A stretch of DNA of 64,000 nt, from positions 15,128,001 to 15,192,000 of the forward strand of contig CP075492.1 of assembly GCA_021613535.1 (NCBI GenBank). Direction: 5' to 3'. Below the pieces are notes generated by a model. It worked only from the letters and a program-made list of their open reading frames with translations, had not been told where the DNA came from and did no database searches. The position numbers were made by a program, and so were the translations under genes. Within the stretch, counting starts at the first letter, position 1. Each line of letters starts with the position of its first letter. Shown in pieces: positions 35,255 to 48,019 of this stretch. Origin of the DNA: Adineta vaga. Lineage: Eukaryota; Animalia; Rotifera.

Positions 35255-35701
35255 ATGTCCAATACATCTATTCACTTTTATCGACCATATGATCTATTTG
35301 GTGAATTTAGTAATTTTTACCTTGCACCAATTGAATTAGATAGATACACATGGCCAACGACTGAACATTATTATCAAGCACAAAAATTTAGTTCGGATGA
35401 AACACATTATCAAAATATTCAACGATTAGAAACTCCTCGCGAAGCTTTCTTCTATGTTCGAACAAATAAGCCTTCTCGACTCGATTGGAACGAAGTCAAA
35501 GATGAGGTTATGTTGAAAGCATGTCTAGCTAAATTCCAACAACATTCTAACTTGAAAGAATTATTATTATCAACTGGTGATCAAATTTTAGTTGAACATA
35601 CAGAAAAAGATTTGTATTGGGGTGATGGAGGTGATGGGACAGGAAGAAATCAATTGGGAATTACATTGATGAAAGTTCGTGAAATTTTGAAAAATAATTA
35701 A
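35255..35701 (+). CDS. NADAR / YbiA-family N-glycosidase, intronless
   Basis: IHFY...FSNFY...WPTTEHYYQAQKF...DWNEVKDEVM...AKFQQH..LKELLLSTG...LVEHTEKDLYWGDGGDGTGRNQLGITLMKVRE is the canonical YbiA pattern. The true start is probably the ATG at 35255, not 35045. Confidence 0.93.
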   Translation: MSNTSIHFYRPYDLFGEFSNFYLAPIELDRYTWPTTEHYYQAQKFSSDETHYQNIQRLETPREAFFYVRTNKPSRLDWNEVKDEVMLKACLAKFQQHSNLKELLLSTGDQILVEHTEKDLYWGDGGDGTGRNQLGITLMKVREILKNN

Positions 35702-36042
35702 AAGTCAAGTCATGTAAAATTTATCGATTCAAGATTTTAATAAATATTTTATCCATTTTCATGAATGGCGTTCTTATTTTTTTTCTATATAAATAGGAAT
35801 CAACCTCACTTTGCAATTGTCCTTGCAGCTTGCGTACTTTTTGATTTATACCAAAACGATTAAAAGTGCTTGCAAATAATAACTTGGGTATCGTTGATAT
35901 ATAATATATCAAAAATACAAGTGGCACTTGAAATCATTTCTATTGCTTTATAAAAATAAAGGATTAGTGAAGTATATATATATATATATGCTGATATAAA
36001 GCTATTCATTCAATTATTTTCGAAATGATTTCGTTATTGAAT

Positions 36043-36652
36043 ATGAAAGTTTTCTTATTTATTTCATGCTCATGTATCGTATTTACAATGGCTCAACGTG
36101 AATACGTATATACTCTCAATACAACATTTAAAATTAATGTCTTCATTCCATATTATTCACAATATTCAATGGTAAGAGAATAGATAGTCGGTATAAACGA
36201 GGTAATCAATTTCGTTTTCTTCTGTTTATTGTATATAGAACTTGGTAGCACTTGAAAATAATGATATTGCTGTTAGTAATACGAGTTTTATCATCTTCAA
36301 TCTAACAAATGGAATTCTTACATCTGCTATGGATGGTGCAAACTATTATTTGAAAAATCAAACAGGTTTAGAATTTCCATCCTATGTATTGAAACAAGGA
36401 AAGACTGAATCCATGAGCGATGTTTCTCTATTTCGTGCAACTCCTGAAGGAACTTGGGTTGGTCGACATATTGGACCTAATATTACCATGGCAGATCAAC
36501 CTGGTGCTGATAATTTATGGGTTGCTTGTATGAATCCTAATGGTATTTATGTCATTGGATGGGATCCCGATTCGGCAAGTCAACCACCTAAAAGATGTGT
36601 CAATTATGCTAAATATAATCCTGGTGTGCTTTTACATGTTAACTTCATGTGA
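36043..36652 (+). CDS. Small secreted protein of unknown function (~180 aa)
   Basis: TATA-like atataaa at ~35994, signal-peptide exon 36043-36171 (MKVFLFISCSCIVFTMA), intron 36172-36238, exon 36239-36652, AATAAA downstream. Confidence 0.72.
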
Positions 36653-37001
36653 ATGTTATTCTATTCTAAAACCTAATTGAATCTTTATTGGAATTGAAAT
36701 AAAGTAACAACTATTGTTTATCGTCCAAGATAATTCGATTGAAGTCGATGACGTGAAAAAATATTCTCTCCTTGTTGAATTTATTTCATAAATAAACAAA
36801 GTTCAGAAAAAGTAGAGAAAGTAAACTATCACATATTGACGTGTTAATGCATAAAATAAGAGAAAAATATAAAAATATTTCTTGAATAAAATAAAAACTG
36901 AATGATCACTGCATAATCAATGTGATGAAATGTCTTTATAAATGACATATCATTGGATTGAAGCGAAAAAGTTAGTTGATTTCATGGAAATGTTTACCCA
37001 T

Positions 37002-38755
37002 TCAATTGGTCAATCGAGTAAATGTTACTCGACTAGGACCAGTAGCAGTGACTGAAAATGATCCAGTTGCACCATTTGTATAAGTAGTAACTACTAGCGT
37101 ATATTGAACACCTGATAACAAATTGAGAATCATTTTGAACTGACGATTACCAGCATCGTCGTCGTTTTGTGTGATTATATTAGCTGTCGGCTGTGTAGCA
37201 ACAAAACTGTTTGTATATATGCAACCATAGGTATCTATCGTACTACCACTGACAAAAGTATAACTACCGGTTTTGGTTACAGATATACGAATTGCTTGAT
37301 AATAATAGTTGCTTGATAGTCCTCCAGGTCGATAGAATCTTGGACTCGAAGTTGTCAACTGATGTGAATATGTTGAGGTGACTGAAATGATTCTCGAACA
37401 TTGAATAAATATTAAATACGAACAGTTACTTACTTATTCCAGTTGGTGGTGTGGGTGGAGTCGGTGGTGTAGGTGGAACTGTCGGAGGATTTGTTCCAGT
37501 ACAGCCATAAAATAGTCGCACCTCTTGAATATCAATTGCACTCAGATCAGTTGGATATAGAAGTTGAACATTCGATTGAAGTGGTACAATAGTCGGTAAG
37601 CCATTTTTAGAGAATGCTGTGCTATGATAGTGCATTACTGATCGGTAGTCATAGGGAGTGTTCTGAGTATCGACAGCTGTGCTGGGATACTTTTCAAAAT
37701 TAGATTCGAGGCCTATTCATATCAACATGTTTCAATCAAATTTCGATAAAATGAATGTATTAAAGAAAATTACCTGATATGACGTTGGCATAATTAATTC
37801 GAATGTATGAATCGCGATCGGGACGCGATTGTTCGTGATAAAATCCTATTTAATTAGAGACAGAAACAGCAACAAATGAATTAGAAAAAACTGTAGTTAT
37901 GATATGCTCACCTAAGGTGTGTAAAAATTCGTGCATGATAGTTGGTATATAAATGCAACCTGGGCGTTCCAAAGTTACAATCCGTTGATACGTCGTACTG
38001 TAGCCAACCTGCAAGAATTGCAAGGATACATGTAAAATACAATTTGATCTTAATTATTTAGACTTACAGTGGATGAGCAACCTTGTCCAGGTTGAATAAT
38101 AATGTAGACCTGGTCTGATGCTACTCTTGGTCGAAATTGGACACATTGCCGATTGTTGACTGCTACTAATCTCTCTAACTGTCGCATAGCATTAATAATT
38201 GTCGTTTGTTGTGCAGCATCTGGAAGAAAATCAATAACTGTGATACTGTCCATAGAACAATGAAAATACTTACCATATCCTGATCGCAACTCATATGGAA
38301 CAATACCATTTGGCCAGCGTATACTGTTACCACGTGCTGCTACACCACGCTACAACGAATAGAATTCAAAGTCATTCACAAGAATAATAATCATTAGTAC
38401 TATTAACTTACAGCTTGAAGTGGAATTACCATATCACCTTCGAAAAGGTAGGCTGCAAAATAAAAAAAGATGATTATCAAACAAAAACAGTTCGTGCATA
38501 TTTCATCAGTATTTGATTATACTAGCGTATTATGTGAAATTCTTTTGTACTCTACTTACGTGATTCTCGCGGATCTGTCAATGGTACTGTTGTGGTTATT
38601 TTTGTTGTTGTTGTTGTCGTTGTCGTCTTAACATACAAGGAAATAAAACATCATTCTCGAACAACAAAAATTAAACTTACCACATTGATCGGTACAGCAT
38701 ATGTCCGTATAATACCTATCAGAATAATAATTGCGACGAAACTATTCGAAGGCAT
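37002..38755 (-). CDS. Astacin (M12A) zinc metalloprotease with Pro/Thr linker and C-terminal beta-sandwich (PPC-like) domain, ~9 exons
   Basis: Signal peptide from 38755, pro-region FEGDM, WPNGIVPY, zinc motif HEFLHTLG|FYHEQSRPDRD split by an intron, Met-turn YDYRSVMHY, last exon 37002-~37380. Confidence 0.92.
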
Positions 38756-39534
38756 TTGTTTATTAGAATATTTGAAATGGAAAATGGGTATATTATTTTG
38801 AAACATTTTCTTATATAGTTTTAAATAGTCACGCATCAATGCAAAATTTCCCATATAATACTCATCGTATGATGTTATGACAAAGAATATGTTTTTGAGC
38901 AATCAAAAATATTACTTCTCTTCCGTTTACCAACAAGAATTAGTAATGCATTATCCTAATACACGATAAAAATACCAAGTAACTTACGATTTGATATGTC
39001 ATGCTCGATAATGTTTCATTAAGTGCAAAAGTGAGATATAATCAATGCATTACGATTAATATTTTCTTTCATTCATATTAAAAAAAACTGCATTAGATAT
39101 GTCACTTGTAGCACATATTTTGAGGACGTCAATATGGCGATACATATTTAATGACGAAAACACCCACAATCTCACCTTTCGTTAGAATTAATAATTATAG
39201 ACTTTCTTTTTTTTATCGGAAATAAAAACAGATCATCACGAAGAATCACAAATATATGGATATGTTTTATTTTTTCTTCTTCTTCTGAATAGCAATATAA
39301 GATCATCATCATGGACACAGATGTGAAAATAACTGATATAAAGAGATGATTGTTATATATGTCCTTCTATTATATTTCAATGCTATATTATTAACTTGAA
39401 TAGCAAATGGAAATGAAACAAAAAGAAAACAGAACAAGCTGCTACTTAGAAATATAAAGTGCAGCCGTTGATTCGTTTCTCATAAAGATATTCATTTTTT
39501 ATTTCGTATCTATTCCGTTGTGTACACTGTAAGG

Positions 39535-40041
39535 ATGGGTCAAATGCAAGGTTCTTTGGAAGTAACTGTCATTGAAGGTCGTAATCTGAAAGATAAAGAT
39601 GTAGTAGGTAAAAATGATGCTTATGTTGAAGTTTATTTGGATAAAGATTACAAACAACGTACAACGATTGTTAAAGATACAAATGATCCAACATGGAATC
39701 AAAGATTTACTTTGTAAGTATAAAATAGGATAGAATATCAATTTAATTGTCCTTTCTTATTCTATAATTTTAGTAAATTAGACAAGGAGACTGATTATCT
39801 CTATTTAAATGTCTATGATGATGATGTCACAGGTCGAGATTCAGTTGGTTCAGCAAAGATTGATTTGAAAAAACATGTCTATGGAAAACCTATTTACAAT
39901 ACATGGGTTCCATTGCCACGTTTGCTTGGTCTTCGTTCGAATGGTGAAATTCACGTGATCATCGAACATCGTGTAAAAACATTTTGTTAATAGATTCAAT
40001 CATCATATATTTTTATTTTATTTCTTTCTTTCTAGCCATAA
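39535..40041 (+). CDS. Stand-alone Ca2+-binding C2-domain protein
   Basis: Exons 39535-39713, 39774-39972 and 40036-40041. LEVTVIEGRNLKDKDVVGKNDAYV, NDPTWNQRF and VYDDDVTGRD, with the Ca-ligand Asp residues retained. Confidence 0.9.
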
Positions 40042-40239
40042 AACGTGTTATCGTCAACATAATTACAACAACTCAATATAAGACTTGTATGAAAGAAAGA
40101 AATTTGTAACTTTTCTCCAAATATAATCATTGTATCATATTTGAATATACATTAAGCTTCTTTAATTTAATTGTTATTAGTTCTGTACTTATTGATTTGA
40201 TCTTAAGAATGTGAGTGTGATATTTATTCCTTGCTGATA

Positions 40240-40738
40240 GATGTTATACAATATCGAGTATAACGCACAGTTCGACCTCGTTCGTTCCATAATGATGTAA
40301 GAATAATAATCAATCAGGTAATGAACATTGCAATTCTACATGCAAGTACTGGTATTCCGCCTGTATTATTCCTTGCCATTACATTATTTAATGGTATGTC
40401 TTGGGCAAATTGTTTTCTAAGACATATCAATACTTAATTGTTCATTTCCAAATGTGCCAGTAATCATCAACTTTTTCACTGTAAACATTGTACAAATAAT
40501 CATGACAGGCAGCAGCACAATAACATTTGATAAATTCCATTGATGAAGCGATATCTTATCCGTAAGACATAAAAACATCAAATAGATATTTGACGATTTT
40601 GTTTATTTAGTAAAATAATAACAGATAACAGATTTCCTAAGGTACCAATCATAACAAGATCAATCGGAGTAATAGTGCTTACGATCAATTCAATTGTTTC
40701 ATAAGGATCTATATCTTGTTTTTGAAATCATGAAGCCA
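40240..40738 (-). pseudogene. Degraded GPCR
   Basis: The minus strand reads PIDLVMIGTLGNLLSVIILLNKQNRQIS (TM1 GN motif), followed by stop- and frameshift-ridden TM fragments. Confidence 0.6.
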
Positions 40739-41211
40739 TATCAGTTCACTAAGATATATATCTCTTCAATCTATTCAACATTCAGATCGAAGAATGAAAA
40801 ATGACATGTCTGATGATAAGCCATTTACACTTTAGTAAATTATACTTTTATATAGATGGACATAATAATATTGAACAGGAAAATTTCTATCAAAGAATCT
40901 TAAACCTAATCTATAATTTTATTCTGATTAAATTTTCTTGCTTGTCTACTGTCTTTCTTATTAGAATAATACTGTAGCTATGTGAAAAACAACTGCGCAT
41001 CTATACTCTATTATAGTAAATCGTAGAAATCTTCTCAAGATTCTTAGGACGACATAGTCAATTCCTGAAAGAAAATCATTAACTAAAAGCTATCAAAATT
41101 ATTTCTTCTTTACAATGACAAAAACACAGAAATAACTAAAACGTAGATCAATAGAAAAGTCATATAGATTCAAACTAAAGGAATTCAAATCTCGCAGTAT
41201 GATATCTGAAA

Positions 41212-43024
41212 TCATTGAATAGGACATGTTTGACGAATCGGTTGAGGTTGATTGAAATTAATTTTATCTCGATTGATCCATAGTACAAATATTCGTTTTT
41301 GGTAGTTTATATTAAACACTTCAGATTGAAATAAATGATTGGCTAATCGAGTATGTTGTCCTATCCATTGACGATTGGGTACATGTTCATATTTTTTCAA
41401 ATCAAAAGAAACGTTTTCAAGATGAATTAATTCATTTACTAGATAACAAAATAACCGTTTTGAATGATATTTGATAGTTAAATCGATCAAAGCAGGAAAT
41501 AAAAAACAGACACGCTGCATCAACATTGTTCTCGTTTTGCTCGAGTAATCCAATAAGATTAATCGTCGAATTGAAAACAATGGCGACAGGATCGCATCGA
41601 ACAGATGAAGAGCATCTACACATTGAATACTAAGCGACAAAAGATTTGTCATATCTTGAATGAATTGTGTAAAATCATGAACATGCTCAATTGTCGATGA
41701 GCAATGGAAATATTCGATTTTATCGATATGAATCATTTGTCGGATATTGATTAAACTATTCGTTGTTAAATGTCCATCGAATGAGAGACGATTAACATTG
41801 ACGAATAGACCACTATATTGATCATCAAGTTTTAATTGATCGAAATTGATTTTCATCTCTCGAATATTTGAACAGAAAATTTCCGGTTGTTTCCACAAAC
41901 TAAACGATTTAATCGTTGAATTATCGATCATTTTCGTCGAAAAATATGGTACTGTCATAAGCGCTTGTTCTTCTTTCACATATTCAACAAACCATCTTTT
42001 TTCTTTGATCCACCATGACGTTTGAAAAGTATTTAGATAGTGATTTGTTTCAATTTCTGATTCTTCTTCAATTGCAATTTTTAGATTAAATTTGATCAAA
42101 TGGAAAAGTGTCTTGGATATAAATAATTTCCATTGATACCCATTGAATATACTACTCTGTCGGTCTATCACTTGTTCACTCAATACTATTGTCAAATATT
42201 TTAGACGAAACATCGATGATAAAATATACTGAATGGCTTGAAATCGGATATTTTTTATTTCTATATAAAACAGATCATATAATAAGAAAATATTTTCATT
42301 GAACAAATTCACCTTGCAAGTTCAAATTGAATTGAACTAAATGTGTCCATTGATGGTTATTGAAGAATAAACAAAGATTATGAAATTCATGTTTAATACA
42401 CAGAATGCCAACACCTAACGAATAGAGTTGGTGCGCATTGGGATGAACTAAATTTCGAAGATCATCAATGGAATCAAAAAACATATGTAAAAATCTTAAA
42501 TGTCTTGGAATACAGCTGCACAGTTGTTGAAATGTCTTGCTTGAATATCCAATTAGATGACGAACGTTTTTGAATAAAGAAATATATCTTGCTGTCGAAT
42601 ATCGATTCTTCGGACAATCAAAACGAAATGAACGAAGATGATCGAAATTAATTAATGAGCGCAACTGTTTTGAGAGTTTCTCATCATATGAAATAGTTCC
42701 ATGAAGCCATAATAAATCAAGACGAGTAAATGATTGTCCATTGCTTTGTCCGAGTAGATAGTGATCAAATAGATTAAATTTTGTTTTACTAATTTTCAGT
42801 CCGACAACCTGTGATGGAGAAATAATTGAACAAATTGAATCAAATTCAGCTTTTCGAATATCATCTTTGGAAAAATCTAAGTAATAACCATTGTAATTGC
42901 TGACAACATTGTTGATATAATCATTAATAGAATAAAACGATAGAAAGATCTCATCGCAGGTGAAATACGGAAAAATTTCGTAGAATAATTCCGGTGGAAA
43001 ACGATCTAAATATGTTGAACGCAT
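41212..43024 (-). CDS. F-box / LRR-like protein
   Basis: F-box LDRFPPELFYEIFPYF. A 52-bp intron 42312-42261 (GTGAAT...TATAG) joins the two ORFs in phase. FNGYQW and FQTSWWIKEKRWFV motifs are typical of this family. Confidence 0.85.
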
Positions 43025-43165
43025 AGTCTTCAACGAAATATATGTATCTAGAGAAAGAAAGAAAAAAGATATGATTCATTATTACCATATGTTAGCTGTC
43101 GAACGAATAAGTGAAAGAGAAAAGCATAAATACAAAAACAAAACGTGTCTACCAAGGAAGTATTA

Positions 43166-43882
43166 TTATACAATGATAACTTCTCCTTGATGACGTTGAC
43201 ATATTCGAGCGCAAAAATCGTCCCGAAGTTTTGTGATTCGTAGAAGAAATCGATCATATCTTCCAGTTGCGTTCGTTGTTGAAAATATGAATACACTACA
43301 TATGCATACATATGCACAGATAAAACATGGACTGACAGCAACTACACTTTCAAAACAGAAAGCAATTATTTTCATGTAGAATACTTGCCGATAATAATTT
43401 TGTGAACAAGGTAATGCGTTTACGATTGTTACATTATTCAATACCTTTTTAATTTCCTTCAGTTCTTCAACTTTGAAAGAAATTCCAATGAAGAGAGTAT
43501 AGAATGTGAAAAGTCCGAAGTATATCCACATGGTCATCAGCAGATCTCGGAATGAAGGCATGCGTTTTTTAATCAATTTTATACTGCAGTAGATTAATAT
43601 GCCCAAAGTGAATGGAGTGTTCAAGAAGAAGGAAGCACGAATCCAGCCAAGATTGCTACTTTCTAGTCGACAATTGAAAACAGCAAGAATAATTTGATAT
43701 ATCGTATAAGAAAGAAAAGCGAGAGTTATCAACCAAGAAAGTAACAGATCGCAGAAACGATGTAATCGATTTTGAGATGAACTTGACGATAGATTTAGAT
43801 TTTTTGGTCGATCAGAATCATTATTACCAGCCAGAATCACAAGAAGATCAGCATAAGGTGGAGGATGTATCTCAGTATTCAT
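43166..43882 (-). CDS. Four-TM membrane protein of unknown function with N-terminal PPPY motif
   Basis: Four hydrophobic segments and HPPPYADL. The ATG at 43882 is conserved in the paralogous relic; the ATG at 43930 is not. Confidence 0.7.
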   Translation of the reverse strand: MNTEIHPPPYADLLVILAGNNDSDRPKNLNLSSSSSQNRLHRFCDLLLSWLITLAFLSYTIYQIILAVFNCRLESSNLGWIRASFFLNTPFTLGILIYCSIKLIKKRMPSFRDLLMTMWIYFGLFTFYTLFIGISFKVEELKEIKKVLNNVTIVNALPCSQNYYRQVFYMKIIAFCFESVVAVSPCFICAYVCICSVFIFSTTNATGRYDRFLLRITKLRDDFCARICQRHQGEVIIV

Positions 43883-44204
43883 GAAAACTCTTGAGTTGAT
43901 TCGTGTACTACGAATAAAATTATTTTTCATTTATCTATCTCCTCTTCCATACTTAACGCAATCAAGCGTGTTACGTGAATCAGTATGACATGTAATATAT
44001 TTGATTGGTTTTTTCCTAGCTATACATGACGTGATTCATTGAAATTCAAGTTTATACATCTCTCATTCTCATCCACATCCACAACAGTAATAATTATAGT
44101 ATGTTTGAACAGCTTCTCTATTATGGAATATATTATTCATGCAGCGAAAATAAAATGAAATATTACACAGAATGTGTATACAAATGTCTTTGTTTGATGT
44201 CGTA

Positions 44205-44480
44205 TTATTGGTTGTAAAGCACCTCATTTGCTGTTACCATATATCCATTTGAACCTCCTTGCATTCCACCACCAAAGCTACCCATAGCTCCCGTACCAAG
44301 TTGTGGTATAAATGGAAGAAAGATATTCCTTATACGACGGAAACTGAATTCTCCTGAACTTCCATATCTACCACCATTAATTCTGTCAACACCTTCATTT
44401 TCAATCACTCTAGCCACTTCACGACCATGATTTTGAAATCCGCTATCTTTTTCACATTGCTTGACAATAGCTTGAGACAT
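44205..44480 (-). CDS. Small Gly-rich protein (paralog A)
   Basis: Shares GR.VAR..ENE, RIR.IF.P and VTAN.V..NQ motifs and upstream sequence with the 46009-46338 ORF. Confidence 0.78.
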   Translation of the reverse strand: MSQAIVKQCEKDSGFQNHGREVARVIENEGVDRINGGRYGSSGEFSFRRIRNIFLPFIPQLGTGAMGSFGGGMQGGSNGYMVTANEVLYNQ

Positions 44481-45319
44481 TTTATTTGAAACTGTGTATA
44501 CAAATAATATGTATTGGCTTGTGAAATTGCTATTTCGATGTTTTAAATGATTGCTTGATGCTTGTGCAGGTAGAAACTAACGACATATATATGATTGCAC
44601 TTTTACCTAATAGAGAGTCACGTAGATTTATTTTCTATTATTTATCTGGAACCTAGAGAAATATTTTTTCTAGAGTGTATAGATCGTCTTTTTATATGCT
44701 TGCAAACTATGCAGCTAAATACTACCTAGGAAGGAAAAGTAAAATGCGCCATTGTAAATTAGGAAACTGTATTGTACAATTAAGTCTGGAACCATAAAAC
44801 AAAAATGCATATCATTATATATGTTTTCACTAATTCAAATAACAAAGAATAAACAAGAGCGAAAAATGCACATACACCATACATTCAACTATTTTTATCA
44901 TGTTGATCAATAAAATTTATTTTTAATTAGTATTTTGTGTATATGATCGAGCATAGAATACTAAGAGATTACATTTGAAAATAGTTCATAAACGAATAAA
45001 TAATATATTTTGAGTTTTCTACTAAAATCTTTCTTTTGGCTTGTTAAGAAACTTTGAAAGGAATTTTATCAATAATATATAAATAAATTTATAGGGTATG
45101 GGTGGAGAGTGAGGTATGAATATACAAGTAATGGAAAAGACGATATACATTCACACCCTCCTATCAAATATATACTTTTTCAATGAGTATCTACACATTA
45201 ATCTATAATGAAAGAAAGAAAAAGAACATTACTCGTTACTATTATGCGTCAGATACCGAAAGAAACGAAACGAAAAGAAAAAACGTAATAACAGCAAAAC
45301 TTCCAACAAGGAAGTATCG

Positions 45320-45840
45320 TTATGAAATGATGATTTCTCCTCGATGACGTTGACATATTCAAGCGGAAAAACTCTCCCAGCGATTCGTCATTCGTAGCAA
45401 TAGTCGATCATATCCTTCTGTTATGTTCCTTGCTGAAAATTTCCATTCATTACACATACATCAATTCACGATAAATATACCGATAAAACAGAGATCAATT
45501 ATCTTCATCCAAAATATCTGTCGATAATGATTTTGTGAACAAGGTAATGAATTTATCATTGTTATATTATTTAACGCAGTAGATTAGTATACCCAATACA
45601 AAAGAGAATGTTTAAAAAGAAAGAGGCACAATAGTTCAGCCGAGATTGCTATTTTCTAGTCCACGATTATAGCCAGCAAGAACAATTAGATACACTATAA
45701 ATGGAAGCAAAATCGAATTGTAACTGAGTTCTAGAAGAATTTGACAATGGATTTGTATTAATTGATCGATCAGAATGATTATTACCAGTCAGTATCACAA
45801 GAAGATCAGCATAATGTAGAGGATGTATCTCAGTATCCAT
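45320..45840 (-). pseudogene. Degraded duplicate of the four-TM gene
   Basis: Nucleotide blocks match 43166-43882 (e.g. gatgacgttgacatattc, atcacaagaagatcagcataa) with internal deletions and frameshifts. Confidence 0.8.
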
Positions 45841-46008
45841 AAAAACTCTTGAATTGATTCGTGTACTATAAATAAGATTATTTTTCGTTCGGATGCCTCC
45901 TTTCGAATATTTAATGCAATCAAGTGTATTAGGTGAATAGTCGAGAAGATATTTTTATTTTGAATGGATTTCTCTTAACCTCACCTTTACTCTCACGGTA
46001 TTTATTTA

Positions 46009-46338
46009 TTAAAATTGGTTAAAACGTACATCATTTGCTGTTACTATAAAACTACTTGGAGTTGCTGGCATTCCTCCTCCGTAGCCGCCATAACCACCGT
46101 AACCGCCCATAGCTCCCATACCACCACCACCATATTGTTGATTAGCCATACCATACGGTGATCCACATGGAACAAAGATAGCCCTTATGCGCGGATAACC
46201 ACCTCCTCCTACAGGACGTGCGTATTCAATATCGCTAGTTCGTTCAAAAACTTCATTTTCAAGTGCTCTAGCCACTTGGCGACCATTGCCTCGAAGTCTT
46301 TTATCATTTCCAGATTGCTTGACACTAGTGTGAGACAT
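46009..46338 (-). CDS. Small Gly/Tyr-rich protein (paralog B)
   Basis: Paralog of 44205-44480 with a GGY-repeat insertion. Confidence 0.78.
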   Translation of the reverse strand: MSHTSVKQSGNDKRLRGNGRQVARALENEVFERTSDIEYARPVGGGGYPRIRAIFVPCGSPYGMANQQYGGGGMGAMGGYGGYGGYGGGMPATPSSFIVTANDVRFNQF

Positions 46339-48019
46339 TTTTCATTAATGATATATGTGATTGCATATGTGTCTGTTTCAAAAAGACAAAGAAAGAAAGA
46401 AAGAAAGAAAGAAAGAGCTACATAGAGTCATTTTCTATTATTTATCTGGAACCTATAGAAATATTTTTGCTAAGGTACATAGTTCGTTTCTGATGTATTT
46501 GAAAAACCATTCAAGGAAGAGAAGTAACATACGTCACTCAAAGGTACAAAGTTATAAAACAAACATGCATATCATTATATATGTTTTCATTAAAGTCCAA
46601 ATAGAAAAAAGAAAAAACACGAACGTAAAATGCACCTGTATGAATACATCGAACTTTTTGTTTCGCACATTTTCGCGTATGCTTTTGTTATAGTGATTAA
46701 TAGCATTCATTATTATTTGATACATATGTGCGTTCGATCATGATATAACGGGAGAGTTCATTTTAAAATGTTTCTAACTATTTACAAAAAAGAAAAAGAA
46801 TAACGAAAAGAAAAAAAACTAAGAAGACTATAGAATTGTGTTATCTCATATCTAAGGGATGCATATATAATCCACCACTGTCGATGATATCACTTTTGTT
46901 CTCGGCAGATGGTAACGAACAGTAAACATTCGAAGTGCAACCCATTATTTGCATGAGCACAAAATTTCTATACACAGGATGGTTTAAGCAAAGTTAGCGA
47001 GTGAGAGTTTCCTATTGCTGAATGAAAAGATCGTGACTTCATTATGAAACGTGAGGTAAATACATTTTAAGTGTGTTACGCTGTGAAACTCTGGTCTCAA
47101 TTTTACCGCAAATTTTTCATTCTGATAATCAACATTTCGTCATTTTGAGGATTGCACTCAGTTTCTATTAGTCTTGTGTATGTTCGTCCTGGTGGAATAC
47201 TAATTAGTAAACGATAGTTTGTAATTTAATATTATGCATTCGATTACGTTTATCGAATATGCAATATTTAACATTACTGTTAGCGATTGGTATAGATACT
47301 GTTGAACCCGATCACTTTATTGATACAATGGATTTAGAGAAACGCTTCTCATTCAGAACTTGATATGTTTCATCAGTTTTTTATGCTACGGTAGAAAAAT
47401 CTGTTTGCTATGCACTCGATTGTATCAATAATCGTTATGGTCAATGTCATGTCATTTCTAGGTACTCGTCTTGATTTGATCTCAAATCGAGTTCTACTTC
47501 CTCTCAGTACACTTGAAATATTCAATCAATTGGAACAGCAAGAGAAACAGAACAATTTTATTCGAAATGTGTTGTTTCTATTACAGCTTCATTTTCAAAA
47601 TCTTTCAAAGAAAAATTGAAGCTTTTTTGTAAATATTTTTGTGGGTGCAACTGAGGAGAGGATAATATTACATATACTAACAAAAATATTTTATGTCAGT
47701 TACTGTATGATAGAGAATGAAAAGAATTTTTTTGCATCATCTATATTTTAAGAGTTCTGTTGCACTGTAGATTTTTATGCTTATTAAGGTTTTCTTTTAT
47801 TGACTTAAGAATGAATCATAAGGATTAATATGTATATTTAAATGGAAGTGATTATATACACGTATATGTATATAGCCACTTTCTATTTAAATATAACTGA
47901 AGTAAAGCATATTACATTTCAGATATCGAAAGAAAAAAACTAAGAAGTAAGTTATAGTCTATATGCATACATATAATGAACCATTCTCTTCTGTTTGTTT
48001 TTCTTCCCAGTGCCACAGA

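Noticed and set aside
42261-42312. Apparent frameshift between the 42296-43033 and 41212-42312 ORFs
   Set aside because: Explained by a canonical 52-bp phase-1 intron.
46850-47620. Possible transposon or gene relic (tacacaggatggttt resembles a Tc1/mariner end)
   Set aside because: No matching second terminal inverted repeat or transposase motif found by eye.
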